A DNA stretch of 64,000 nt from a virus. Positions 20,036 to 30,202 of the stretch are shown here, one piece after another; position 1 is the stretch's first letter; every line of letters starts with the position of its first letter. Both the position numbers and the translations under genes were made by a program. The DNA lies in IMG/VR virus record IMGVR_UViG_3300042301_004349, positions 107,172-171,171 of that record; one strand, 5' to 3'. The notes beneath the pieces are model-generated. The model searched no databases. It was not told where the DNA came from and was given only the letters and a program-made list of their open reading frames with translations.

Positions 20036-20266
20036 CTAAACTCTAGCACCTGCTGCTTTACCTGCTGCTGTTTTGTGGAATGGTTGACCGTTACCGTCTT
20101 TTTTTCGATCATCCCATTGTTCTTTAGTGAATTGGAAACCAAATAACCAATATTCAGCTAAACGCTTATTACCTTGTGGTATATAAGCGGGACCATCCCA
20201 GTTATGCATTTTTCCATCTAGATAGTATACTATACTTCCATCTGCTGTTTTAATTCTTCTTGTCAT
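20036..20266 (-). CDS. Hypothetical protein (GKxHxxDGPA motif)
   Basis: DGKMHNWDGPAY...EYWLFG. Confidence 0.6.
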   Translation of the reverse strand: MTRRIKTADGSIVYYLDGKMHNWDGPAYIPQGNKRLAEYWLFGFQFTKEQWDDRKKDGNGQPFHKTAAGKAAGARV

Positions 20267-20270
20267 TGTT

Positions 20271-21671
20271 TTATTTTAAAAGTGATTCTGCTACGTAAAT
20301 ACCATGTGCACCTGAAACTGTAATACCACGAGCTGATAGAGCATCACCTACAAAGTGTACATTTGAATAATTTGTTAATGATAGATCATTGTAATTAACT
20401 AAAGGCTCAGGTGATAGATATTTTACCTCAGGCATGTAAATACCCCAATCATTTTTCAATTTTGGGAATACAATCTGCATATTAGTAATAAAATCTTCAA
20501 TATATTGAGCATATTCTTCTCCTAATGCATTAAATAAAACATCCATTGTATCTACCTGTACAGCAGATACTGTATTATTTTCTGATGTTAATCCTGGTTT
20601 GCGAGTTTTGTTTGGTGAATAGTAAGTACCAGTTCCATCAATCTGTAGTTTTTGAACTACATCGCGTGACCAAGCAAATGGATCTTCAATACCTTTAATT
20701 TCCATTAATATACCAAAGTTAGTCATTTGATTTTCAAATTCCTTACCTTTTTTAGCATGACCATTATAACTTACATCCCCATAAGTTTCTTCCACAGCGA
20801 CGTAAGCAGCATTGTTGTTAGTACAAAAGCTACGGAGAGATACATTATCAAATTTTTGATAGAGCTTAAAATCATAACTTATATCAATTAGTTTTTGGAA
20901 ATATTTTTGTGGTGCTTCAAATCGAACACCAATTTGTACTGATTTAGGCTCAGTTGGTAATTTGTAAGTATCAGACAATTGTTGAGCAAAGTCAATACCT
21001 GATTTACCTACAGCAAATATTAGTTTTTCATAGGCATTTATTGCTACAAACTCATTTTCGCCTTGTTTATACTTAATAATTAAATCTTGGAAATCAATAT
21101 CAGTAATAGTAGTATTCCAACTAAACTTAACACCTTTATCTAACAAATATTGATACCATGTTTTAGCAATTTCATGTAAGAAATTAGATCCAATGTGCCA
21201 TACAGGAAACATTCTCAAACCAAAATATGGTTTAATGAATTCAGGTTCTTTTTGTGGATCAGACATAAATATTTCTTCTGGTTTAGGGTGAAAACGAGTA
21301 AAGTTGTCTACTACTTGTTTCATTAATTCCATTGCTTTTTCTTCACCACAATATTTAGCTAATTGACCACCAATTGCAGTGTGGTATGTTAATTTACCAT
21401 CACTCCAACCACCAGCACCTAACATACCAGTCATTACTTCTTCAGGTAAACGATTAATTGGATCGTTACCTTTATCCATAATGGTAATAAATTCACCCGG
21501 GTACCCATTATCTACTAATTTAGTAGCAGCGTTAATACCTGCTACACCCGCACCAACAATAACAATATTTTTATATTGTTTTTCTGGTTTTGTTCTTACA
21601 ATCCTTGATGTTGATCTAGGAGTATCAAACAGCTCCTGTGTTCGTCTAAATGAATTTTGATAGTCTCTCAT
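20271..21671 (-). CDS. FAD-dependent oxidoreductase (uncharacterised family)
   Basis: Rossmann IVGAGVAG, GAGGWSDGKL, AVGKSG, RSFCTN and VGDA motifs. Confidence 0.85.
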   Translation of the reverse strand: MRDYQNSFRRTQELFDTPRSTSRIVRTKPEKQYKNIVIVGAGVAGINAATKLVDNGYPGEFITIMDKGNDPINRLPEEVMTGMLGAGGWSDGKLTYHTAIGGQLAKYCGEEKAMELMKQVVDNFTRFHPKPEEIFMSDPQKEPEFIKPYFGLRMFPVWHIGSNFLHEIAKTWYQYLLDKGVKFSWNTTITDIDFQDLIIKYKQGENEFVAINAYEKLIFAVGKSGIDFAQQLSDTYKLPTEPKSVQIGVRFEAPQKYFQKLIDISYDFKLYQKFDNVSLRSFCTNNNAAYVAVEETYGDVSYNGHAKKGKEFENQMTNFGILMEIKGIEDPFAWSRDVVQKLQIDGTGTYYSPNKTRKPGLTSENNTVSAVQVDTMDVLFNALGEEYAQYIEDFITNMQIVFPKLKNDWGIYMPEVKYLSPEPLVNYNDLSLTNYSNVHFVGDALSARGITVSGAHGIYVAESLLK

Positions 21672-21717
21672 AAATTTTTCTTAATTATTAAATATACTAT
21701 TTTGTTTTGCCATTCCC

Positions 21718-21795
21718 AAAAAAGAAAGGGCGCACCTTTTGAGTGCGCCACAGCTGCATTAATATTGTTAAATGCGACAGGCTATGAATCTGTCT
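21718..21795 (-). ncRNA. Candidate pseudoknotted RNA element fused to a terminator
   Basis: P1 GACAG/CTGTC; loop CATAGC pairs with GCTGTG; GCATT/AATGC hairpin; terminator GGCGCAC/GTGCGCC with U-rich tail. Confidence 0.45.
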
Positions 21796-21807
21796 ATATG
21801 TTTAGTT

Positions 21808-22296
21808 TTAGTTATTTTCTTTATCTCTTACTACAGCACCTACAAGTAATCCTAGGAATAATACTAAAGCCCCAGCAGCAAATAACATTACACCTCGCTC
21901 ATCACTCCATGCCCAGTTACCACCAATAAAGAAACTAGGAAGGCCTATAGCTATAGCAACTTGTTGTATTTTATCACCTAATCCTTCTTCTAACATTCCT
22001 TCATTTAAATTTGAAAGAACTTTACTTACTTTTTTAATATTATCGATAGTAATATCTGACATTGAAAGTTGGTCTGCAGGTTTTCCAATTGCTTGAGCAG
22101 CCATGTCTTTCATTTTAGAAATTTCTTCATCAGAAAATTTATTAGCAACTTGTTTAACTTTATCAGCAATTTTATTTTTTACTTTATCAAAAATCCCAGA
22201 TAAAGATATTTCTTCAAGTTTTTCAGCATATTGTCCCTCAGTTATAATGCCTGCTAATTTTTGCATTTTGAGAGTTTGTTCATTTAAGATAGTCAT
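21808..22296 (-). CDS. Hypothetical protein with C-terminal TM helices, putative head cargo
   Basis: LNEQTLKMQKLAGIITE N-terminus. Confidence 0.6.
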   Translation of the reverse strand: MTILNEQTLKMQKLAGIITEGQYAEKLEEISLSGIFDKVKNKIADKVKQVANKFSDEEISKMKDMAAQAIGKPADQLSMSDITIDNIKKVSKVLSNLNEGMLEEGLGDKIQQVAIAIGLPSFFIGGNWAWSDERGVMLFAAGALVLFLGLLVGAVVRDKENN

Positions 22297-22317
22297 ATTT
22301 TTAAATTTAAATTATTA

Positions 22318-22911
22318 TTAAACAGAGGCTATTTTTTGTGCCAATTGCATTACTTCTGCTGTTTTAAACGCTGCTGCCCCCCCTTCTAATCCTTTTACAA
22401 TTAAATTAACAGCATTAACTGCTTCTACTCCTGAACCTATAGCGGCGGCTGCTAATATAGCTGCATATATTCCATGAGCCATATCATGTAAATTTGATGA
22501 TTCATCAAATGGGTCTTGATCACCATATTTTTTAGGATATGCTTTTTTTAATAAAAATGCAATTCCTTCAATATATTTGTGTTCTAATTTATGACCTGCT
22601 TTTTGTAAAGCAGATCCTATTTTTGTAGACCCTATAGCCCCATAAGAAAAATATTGAGCAATTAAATCAGCACCTTTACCTAATAAATTTAATAAACCAG
22701 GTGCACCTGCTGTAACTGCAAATAAGGTTAAAAGTCCTTCTTTCATTTCTCCATCTTTAGGAGATGGTTTGATTGATGATGAAGCTGATTTGAGATCCCC
22801 TAAGAAATCTAATAAACCTTTCTCAGCAGCTTGTTCAGCTTTAGCTTCTTCCTCAGTAAGGATTCCTGCTAATTTTTGCATCCGAAAGTATTGTTCATTT
22901 AACATTGTCAT
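22318..22911 (-). CDS. Hypothetical protein, putative head cargo (start corrected)
   Basis: LNEQYFRMQKLAGILTE N-terminus; late motif at 22924. Confidence 0.6.
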   Translation of the reverse strand: MTMLNEQYFRMQKLAGILTEEEAKAEQAAEKGLLDFLGDLKSASSSIKPSPKDGEMKEGLLTLFAVTAGAPGLLNLLGKGADLIAQYFSYGAIGSTKIGSALQKAGHKLEHKYIEGIAFLLKKAYPKKYGDQDPFDESSNLHDMAHGIYAAILAAAAIGSGVEAVNAVNLIVKGLEGGAAAFKTAEVMQLAQKIASV

Positions 22912-22933
22912 AATTTTATATTTTATAAATATA

Positions 22934-24088
22934 CTAATGCAGTGAAGGAGTTTTTTCATAGTCTAAGACTAATGTTTTTCCTCCTTTAGTTGGTTCTAAT
23001 TTTGCTTGTTTCAAAGGAATTGTTCTAAAATCAATTCCGTATGTTTGATTCTCATGGCGAGCCAATGATATAATAGGCATATCCTCTGGTTTTAGGTCAT
23101 TTATATCATTCATATTTTTAGTTGTTTTAATGGTTAATACACCATTTTGAAAACTATAATCTGTAGATGCAAACGAACGTTGAACTATTTTTGCTTTATC
23201 AGGACCAAAAGTAATATTTTCTAAATTTTCTTCTATTCCTGGGTAATTTAATATAAAAATCCTGCCATATTTTCTTTCATCTTCAGGATCCATCATATCA
23301 AATATCTTAGGATTAAACATATTTGGTTTTAGGATTAATTTATCAATTTTTCCTTCTTTACCATTTTCTATAAATTTGTTTAATAAATCACCAAACTTTT
23401 TTCTCTCACTGCTCCACCAATATGGGCCATCTTTTTTAACTGATATGTTTTGTTCTCCATCTGATGTAGTTAAAGATACATCTCCTTTAAGACCTATTTT
23501 ACTCCCTGTAGTTCCCATACCTGATGCTTTTGTGACATTAGGTATATTAATTTCTTTATTTTCTTTATCTATAAATTTAACATCTATAGGTCCCCCGTTT
23601 TCTTCTATAAAATTATTTACAGCGTCAACTAATTCTTTTTCATTAGATACACCAGCACCACCACCTGTTTGTCCACCCAAATTTGATGATTTATATATTG
23701 AACTTATATTTACAGTAGTTTCTTGGTTATTTAGTTGTCCTGTAATTTTAACATTACGAGCATTATTAACATTTCTGATGGCTCCAATTAAATTAGATTT
23801 TTCTTCTGGTTGATCTGATTTAAAAATTTCATCACCCACTATTATAGTATTAGCAACAAAATCATCCTCACCTTTATTTCCTAATTTAAATGATTCTTGA
23901 CTATAAAATATATTTACAAACTGTTCAGGACGTTTTTTAATTGTATTTAACGATAACATAGCTTCTTCTAATTCGATTTCGCTTATTATTTCTTGTAAAA
24001 TAGATAACTTTGTAGGATTATTCATATCAACAATCCCATCATGGCAACGAAATGACCACTCATTTAATATTTTATCTATAACTGTCAT
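22934..24088 (-). CDS. Putative PD-(D/E)xK-fold nuclease-like protein
   Basis: NEKEL...KGDVSL...NISVKK motif. Confidence 0.4.
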   Translation of the reverse strand: MTVIDKILNEWSFRCHDGIVDMNNPTKLSILQEIISEIELEEAMLSLNTIKKRPEQFVNIFYSQESFKLGNKGEDDFVANTIIVGDEIFKSDQPEEKSNLIGAIRNVNNARNVKITGQLNNQETTVNISSIYKSSNLGGQTGGGAGVSNEKELVDAVNNFIEENGGPIDVKFIDKENKEINIPNVTKASGMGTTGSKIGLKGDVSLTTSDGEQNISVKKDGPYWWSSERKKFGDLLNKFIENGKEGKIDKLILKPNMFNPKIFDMMDPEDERKYGRIFILNYPGIEENLENITFGPDKAKIVQRSFASTDYSFQNGVLTIKTTKNMNDINDLKPEDMPIISLARHENQTYGIDFRTIPLKQAKLEPTKGGKTLVLDYEKTPSLH

Positions 24089-24089
24089 A

Positions 24090-24632
24090 TTATGCTTCTG
24101 CTGGAGTTTCTTCTGCTGGTGCTTCAGGAGTAGGTGGGGATTCAGTTCCTGCTAAATCATTAAATGCTGCTTCACCAGCATCTGGTGCTGGTGCTTCTGC
24201 AGGAGCTGCGGCATCGCCTGCACCCGCATCTGCTACTGATCCTGCATCTTCTTTAAGTGCAGGAGATAATGATAATAAATTTGATACAGCTTGGCTTGCT
24301 CTATTTGTAGCGCTACCCATAGCTAAATCATATCTTTTACCTGCTATTTTAGCTATAAAAGTACCACCTGAATATATTAACTGAAAGTCTAATCCATTGA
24401 TTAATTCAATATTGAGTGTTGTTGGTTTTGGAGCAACAACAGTAACGCTGCTTAAATATCTACTAAATGAAGGAGACATTATTGATTCAACAGCATCTTT
24501 TAATTTAGGAAAACGATATATTAAATATAAAGATTTTTCAGCACGCTTGATAGCCTGCTCTTCCTCTTGCAATCTTTGTTTGATTGCTTTTTTAATATAT
24601 TTTTCTAATAATATTTTTTTAATATTCTCCAT
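24090..24632 (-). CDS. Hypothetical protein with Ala/Pro/Glu-rich tail
   Basis: 180 aa, within operon. Confidence 0.6.
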   Translation of the reverse strand: MENIKKILLEKYIKKAIKQRLQEEEQAIKRAEKSLYLIYRFPKLKDAVESIMSPSFSRYLSSVTVVAPKPTTLNIELINGLDFQLIYSGGTFIAKIAGKRYDLAMGSATNRASQAVSNLLSLSPALKEDAGSVADAGAGDAAAPAEAPAPDAGEAAFNDLAGTESPPTPEAPAEETPAEA

Positions 24633-24990
24633 TATTTTCGATTTCGCTAGTTTCTTCAGTTAAATATTGTTCTATACTATTCATGTAATCTGAAGCTAGA
24701 GTAATATATGCTGATACCCAACCTGGTAGTTGTTGGTTTGGTTCGATCATTTTATAAATTTTGGTTGCATTTTCAACCATACTTCTTAATTCACTTTTAG
24801 CCATTGTAGCTTCATGATCTTCAGTTTTAGGCCAAGATAAGTGAGTTTCTTTGACCAAAGCAACAGCAATTTTTTTACGACGGCTAGCAAGATAAGAATC
24901 TGTCTTATTTACTTTACCATCGTTATTGATGTCTTTATCTTCTTTTCCTACTGGATCTAAACCTTCTACTAAATGTGTTAATTTAATCAT
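24619..24990 (-). CDS. Hypothetical protein, putative head cargo
   Basis: [10 protein letters not shown]-terminus; Ca-loop-like [12 protein letters not shown]. Confidence 0.6.
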   Translation of the reverse strand: MIKLTHLVEGLDPVGKEDKDINNDGKVNKTDSYLASRRKKIAVALVKETHLSWPKTEDHEATMAKSELRSMVENATKIYKMIEPNQQLPGWVSAYITLASDYMNSIEQYLTEETSEIENNGEY

Positions 24991-24992
24991 TG

Positions 24993-25424
24993 TTATTTCA
25001 TTGATTGTTTTGTAGCTGTAGCATACATAACTTTTTCAGCGTCTTTGCCATATTTGTCAAAGCTGTCTGATTTTTTCATTGCTTTAACATTTTTTTCTTT
25101 TTTGGCTTTTTCACCTTTAGTCATTTTACGCTCTTTAACTGGTTTGTCCATTGCTTTTAATTGTTCTTCAAGCTCTTTTTTCTTAGCCTCAAGTTCAGCA
25201 ATGCTGTTATCCATATCATCCATCATATCACCAACGATTTCTGAATCTACATATTGGTTAATATTGGAAGGGATTGCAGATTTGATTTGATGTGCTTCTT
25301 CAATCTCTTCTTCGATTTTATTAATTTTAGCTGTTAAAGCAGCTTTATCACCAGCCTCGTCAATCATTTTTAAACGATCTACAATTGCTTCTTTGATAAG
25401 TTGACGTAATTGATTAGTGTTCAT
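24993..25424 (-). CDS. Hypothetical protein, putative head cargo
   Basis: [11 protein letters not shown]-terminus; [15 protein letters not shown]; late motif at 25439. Confidence 0.6.
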   Translation of the reverse strand: MNTNQLRQLIKEAIVDRLKMIDEAGDKAALTAKINKIEEEIEEAHQIKSAIPSNINQYVDSEIVGDMMDDMDNSIAELEAKKKELEEQLKAMDKPVKERKMTKGEKAKKEKNVKAMKKSDSFDKYGKDAEKVMYATATKQSMK

Positions 25425-25454
25425 TGTGTGTGTTTATATATAAATATGTAAATT

Positions 25455-26471
25455 TTAATCTAAATCTTGTAATCCTGTATCATCCTTTGTTAAATCACGA
25501 GCAATATCTCTAATTTCCATTTCAGCCCAACGTTTTTGGGATGGAGTTAATGTACCATTGATTGCTTTTTCAACAAACGGAAAAAATTCATTATCGGATA
25601 ATTTGTAAACAGATGCAAAAAATAATTCACGAACACGTGGATCATCTACATCAGATGAAATGTATAAATCATTAATAGCATCATAAATAAATTTACCATA
25701 ACGTAAATCTTCAGGTTCATTTGAAACCTTATCTACAGCGTTAATAATTGATTGATTTTTTTCTTTATCTGATCCAAATCCTTCTGTGCCTACGATTTCA
25801 TACAATCCTTTTATAATCTCATGTACTAACATAGGAAAACACATTGCTTGTGCTTTAATTATAAACTGATCATTTTCATCATCATATTCCATTTCGCTTT
25901 CACCGCCTTGCATTTTTTGACCTTGTGCAATTGCGGCTAACATCATTGCAATAGCATTATCATCATCATAAGTACCAAATACTAATTTTAATATTTCACT
26001 ATATTTGCCTACTAATTCTGGATTGATTTGGTCTATGTATTCTTTAAATAACATGAATGCAAAAGCTCCTCTAACAGAAGCACCTTGAGTGATACCGTTG
26101 ATAAGACGACGTTTTGCTTTCATCTTTTCAGGATCATCTTCACCAAACTCAGGTTGTGAAGGGTCTTCATTATTAGGATTCATTTCAATATCCATATCAT
26201 TACCTATGCTAGCAATAATTTTAATATTAGCATAATCAATAATTGGGTAAGCATCAGTAACCATTTGAACAGCTATTGCTTCTAATTCATCATGGTATCC
26301 TTCTTCAGCGGCTACTATTTGATCTAATACTTCTTTAGAACGCATCATTGTTTGCATCAAGGGTCTATTACCAACCATTTGACGTAATGATTCACCAGAC
26401 TTGCCTTTTAAGGCAGCCATAGTTTCAGGGGAGAATATTCTATCGTATTCTACTTCTAATAATTTAGCCAT
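25455..26471 (-). CDS. Hypothetical protein
   Basis: 338 aa, within operon. Confidence 0.6.
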   Translation of the reverse strand: MAKLLEVEYDRIFSPETMAALKGKSGESLRQMVGNRPLMQTMMRSKEVLDQIVAAEEGYHDELEAIAVQMVTDAYPIIDYANIKIIASIGNDMDIEMNPNNEDPSQPEFGEDDPEKMKAKRRLINGITQGASVRGAFAFMLFKEYIDQINPELVGKYSEILKLVFGTYDDDNAIAMMLAAIAQGQKMQGGESEMEYDDENDQFIIKAQAMCFPMLVHEIIKGLYEIVGTEGFGSDKEKNQSIINAVDKVSNEPEDLRYGKFIYDAINDLYISSDVDDPRVRELFFASVYKLSDNEFFPFVEKAINGTLTPSQKRWAEMEIRDIARDLTKDDTGLQDLD

Positions 26472-26722
26472 TATTTTCTAGATTGAAATCTTTTAACAAT
26501 TTTATCTACCATTTCTTCTTCATTCATTGAAGCCTTTGGTTTTGGCTTAACATCAGGATTTCCTAATGGACGACGTGGTTTTGGTTTATCAGTACCTGGT
26601 TTAGCAGGGATTGTTGTAGGTTCTGGGCTGATGCCTGGTTTAGAAGGGGCTAAAGCAGGATTTTCTGCTAATACCTTTTCTATCGCTTCACGGATAGCTT
26701 GTTTTAATTGATTAATTTGCAT
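26471..26722 (-). CDS. Hypothetical Pro-rich protein
   Basis: QLKQAIREAIE N-terminus. Confidence 0.55.
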   Translation of the reverse strand: MQINQLKQAIREAIEKVLAENPALAPSKPGISPEPTTIPAKPGTDKPKPRRPLGNPDVKPKPKASMNEEEMVDKIVKRFQSRK

Positions 26723-29339
26723 TATTTTTTTCGTTTATATGTTTACGAAGTAATTCTTTAAATTCTTTTATATGGCCTGGGTGGTCTGCTAAATATTCAT
26801 TTACAATATACTTATGTGCCTCTGCCAACCCTCGTTGTTGTAATACTGTTAATAAATCTGCTGGTGAAGCTAATGGTAAAGCATTGTTACCACCCTCATT
26901 ACCAACCAATACATAGTTACTATTACCTGGTTGTACGTTAATGGATGCTATAATTTGTTGGTTTGCTAATCTAATAATATAGATTTTACTAGCACCAATT
27001 TGGATTACTCTTCCTACTCTACCTGAAGTACCTAATAAATTATTACGACGAGAAGCACCTCTATCACCATTCGGATCAACACGGGATGCATTAATTGCAT
27101 TTATTCTTCTAAATATAGCTCTTGGTAAACGAAGGAAAGCTGCTTCTAATCCTATTGCATTCATTTCTTCACGAACGTTAATATCACCTGTTAGTGGAGC
27201 TGCTTGAGTTTGTTGACGAGGAGCATTTGGAACACCAGCTGGTCTTCCTCTTCTACCTGTTGTTGGGGCTGCTGCCACACCAGCGGCAGCTGGAGCTGCA
27301 GTGCCTAATATTTGTGCTACTTTTGAAGTAGGAATATTTACAACAACTAATTTACCTGATGTAGAAGATATTGAGTAACTTGTTCTTGGATTTGCAGTAT
27401 TAACAATATAAGGAACATCATTGTATATAACAGATCTAAGTCTGCTACCAGCTTGCATCGGTGGGTTAGCACCAATAATAGCTTTTCTAACATCACCCCC
27501 TTGATAACTTGCTACATTTTTCATAGCATTGATATATTGTTCATCACTAAATGCCATGTTTTTAGATCTAAAATGATCAAATAAAGCAGAATATACTGCT
27601 GTATCTCTGGAAGGGGAATTTAAGGTTTTTTGTCTCCAATCTAATCCTTGTCGACCATAAAGTGCTGTTGGTATTAAACTATTTAATCCTCGGGCCAATT
27701 CATGAACAATTATTGGTGATTCCTCACTATTAGTTAAAATTACATCAGCGGGACTGCCTCTCCATTCAACTGTTCTTTTATCTTGAGGGACAGATCTTAG
27801 GAATGAAACATATGCTTCTTTATCTATAGTAGCAGGAATATTTTCTTCATATCTAATCAATGATAAGGCATTCTTTTGGAACCCTTCATTATCTTTTTGT
27901 TGAGAAAATATTTCTTGTACATCTTCATCATCAAAAGGTACTTTAGAAACTTTATCATTTTCTATTTTATATGAAGCAAATGAATTAGAATCAATTAATA
28001 TTGTTTTATTCTTAAGGTCTTTAGCAATAATAGATGAATTATCATCTGTTTTTGCCTTTTCAATTACATTATTTAATACACTTTTATCAATAATTTCATC
28101 AGAAACTAATGATATTAAATTTTTAAAAGGTATTTGACTTAAATCTGGGTAGTCTAGTAAGTATTTTGATGTACGTTTATTTAATTTAATATTTGGATAA
28201 TCATCTTCTTCAGTAAATAGACCTACTTTAATATCATCTCCTAAAGTTAATTTAATAATATTTTCATTATCTTTAGTAACATATATTCTTTCATTTTTAG
28301 GAAGTTCCCATTTTTCAAATTTAACTAAAAACTTTTTAACTTCAAATGGAATAGAATCTAAAGATAAAAATTTCAAATTGATTTTATCTCTCATATTTGC
28401 TATGATAGACTTTACATCTTGATTTGAAAATTTATCTAAGTTTTTAACTAAAGTAAGACTATCTAAAATACCAAAATTAGTAGCAATAGTATTAGCAATT
28501 TGAGGATATTTAGGTAAATATTTTTCTACGAAAGTATCATTACTAATATCTTGAAATAGGTCTTTACCTTTTCTAACAACTAAATATTGTTCTTTAACTT
28601 GAAAAGAAAATTTAATCCATTCTCTAATACCAACAGGTCTATTTTTATAAGATTGATTTAATTTTTCTTTAGAAGATAAGGGGATGTACTTAAATACACT
28701 TCTTAAACCAACAACTGAAGGAAAATTAGATTCAATAAAACTCCATGGTTCCCATCTATCCCACTCTGTAGCTCTACCACCAACATCATTGTTTGATCTA
28801 TCTGATGCTTTATAAGTATTATCACTACCAACAACAACCACAAAGAAACTCTTACGATCACTATTAGGTAGATTTGTATCTTTTACAAGATAAAATGTTG
28901 GGTTTTTTCTACCATCATCGTAACGATAGTTACCAAATGAACCTCTAGTAATACACCAAGATTCACCTCTACCAAAAGTTAAACAATTTTCTTCTTTAGA
29001 ACCATTATAAATAATTAAACCATTTTGATCATAAACAACATCTGGTGTAGTGTCTACTTCATCTTCAGGTTCTTCAACACCTTTAGTTGATGTAACTAAT
29101 TTTATTAATTTAGATAAATTATATTTACGTAAATCTTTTTCAGTAACTTTAGGTGAATTTTTTAAAGAATCAAAACGTTCAATATATGCTTTTAATTGAG
29201 CATCACTTATTTGAATATTTAAATCATCAGCTTCTTCCCTAAATTTAGCCATCAATTTATTAATCTCACCTTCTGAATATTCATTAAGTGGGAATAAATT
29301 ATGGGTTACGTGTAATATAAATTTGTCTATTGCTCTCAT
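26712..29339 (-). CDS. Large hypothetical protein
   Basis: 875 aa; ESWCITR motif; RRGRP in an Ala-rich linker. Confidence 0.65.
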   Translation of the reverse strand: MRAIDKFILHVTHNLFPLNEYSEGEINKLMAKFREEADDLNIQISDAQLKAYIERFDSLKNSPKVTEKDLRKYNLSKLIKLVTSTKGVEEPEDEVDTTPDVVYDQNGLIIYNGSKEENCLTFGRGESWCITRGSFGNYRYDDGRKNPTFYLVKDTNLPNSDRKSFFVVVVGSDNTYKASDRSNNDVGGRATEWDRWEPWSFIESNFPSVVGLRSVFKYIPLSSKEKLNQSYKNRPVGIREWIKFSFQVKEQYLVVRKGKDLFQDISNDTFVEKYLPKYPQIANTIATNFGILDSLTLVKNLDKFSNQDVKSIIANMRDKINLKFLSLDSIPFEVKKFLVKFEKWELPKNERIYVTKDNENIIKLTLGDDIKVGLFTEEDDYPNIKLNKRTSKYLLDYPDLSQIPFKNLISLVSDEIIDKSVLNNVIEKAKTDDNSSIIAKDLKNKTILIDSNSFASYKIENDKVSKVPFDDEDVQEIFSQQKDNEGFQKNALSLIRYEENIPATIDKEAYVSFLRSVPQDKRTVEWRGSPADVILTNSEESPIIVHELARGLNSLIPTALYGRQGLDWRQKTLNSPSRDTAVYSALFDHFRSKNMAFSDEQYINAMKNVASYQGGDVRKAIIGANPPMQAGSRLRSVIYNDVPYIVNTANPRTSYSISSTSGKLVVVNIPTSKVAQILGTAAPAAAGVAAAPTTGRRGRPAGVPNAPRQQTQAAPLTGDINVREEMNAIGLEAAFLRLPRAIFRRINAINASRVDPNGDRGASRRNNLLGTSGRVGRVIQIGASKIYIIRLANQQIIASINVQPGNSNYVLVGNEGGNNALPLASPADLLTVLQQRGLAEAHKYIVNEYLADHPGHIKEFKELLRKHINEKNNAN

Positions 29340-30202
29340 TACTTATTGAACTTTACTTTTGCTTTATCAGTATTAGCTACAAATTGTTTACCTTTTTTAG
29401 ATCCTGCTACTTTTTTACGAGCAGTTGCTGCACGTTCTGCTTTAGTTAATCTATTTGCTTTAGCACGAGGTAAACAACGAGTAGTTGCTTTATCTTTTTT
29501 CATTGTACCACAAGGACCAGTTATGTTACCTTGTGTATCAATTCTAACCCAATCTTCTTTTTTAAACCAATCGCGTAGTGATTCAGTTAAACTTTTTACA
29601 TTGAAATATTTTTTTAAATCAATATTATTACTCTTAGCATCTTCTAAACTAATTGTTTCAGGAACTATACCTTCTTCCCACTCAGTTTCAGGGGTAGCAA
29701 GTTTAACATCACTATTATTTAAAATGATTGCTTTTATTTCTGGTATGTTTCCTATTTTAAAAGCACCTAAGCGGTGATTTCCATCTAAGATTAAATATTT
29801 TCCAGGCAATAGTGGGTGGTTTAAGGCTACGACTGGTGGGAACGATTCTATACCTTTTTCTTTAGCAACCTTTATCATTTTTTCAACATAAGATTTTTTC
29901 TCTGTGTTGAAGTAATTAAGATCTTTATTTGGTTCGTTACCAATACAATCGTTAATTTTTAAAATTTTTATTTCACCACTTATATTTTCAGCAATGTCGC
30001 TTCCTTGAAAATCCGGATATATAATAGTATTATCTTCTATATCATCTACTTCCATCAAACCTTTACATACTTTAACAGCACGGCCAGAAAGATAAGCTGA
30101 TGGTTTTTCACCAGCAGCTCTACGACGATCGTAATAGGCTTTGCCTTTTTTGCAAAGCTTTTCTAAAAGAACTTCATTTAATATTTCTTGTAGTTTTATC
30201 AC
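29339..30202 (-). CDS. Protein with internal ParB/sulfiredoxin-like domain
   Basis: FPPVVAL...YLILDGNHRLGA; MIKLQEILNE N-terminus. Confidence 0.6.
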   Translation of the reverse strand: MIKLQEILNEVLLEKLCKKGKAYYDRRRAAGEKPSAYLSGRAVKVCKGLMEVDDIEDNTIIYPDFQGSDIAENISGEIKILKINDCIGNEPNKDLNYFNTEKKSYVEKMIKVAKEKGIESFPPVVALNHPLLPGKYLILDGNHRLGAFKIGNIPEIKAIILNNSDVKLATPETEWEEGIVPETISLEDAKSNNIDLKKYFNVKSLTESLRDWFKKEDWVRIDTQGNITGPCGTMKKDKATTRCLPRAKANRLTKAERAATARKKVAGSKKGKQFVANTDKAKVKFNK

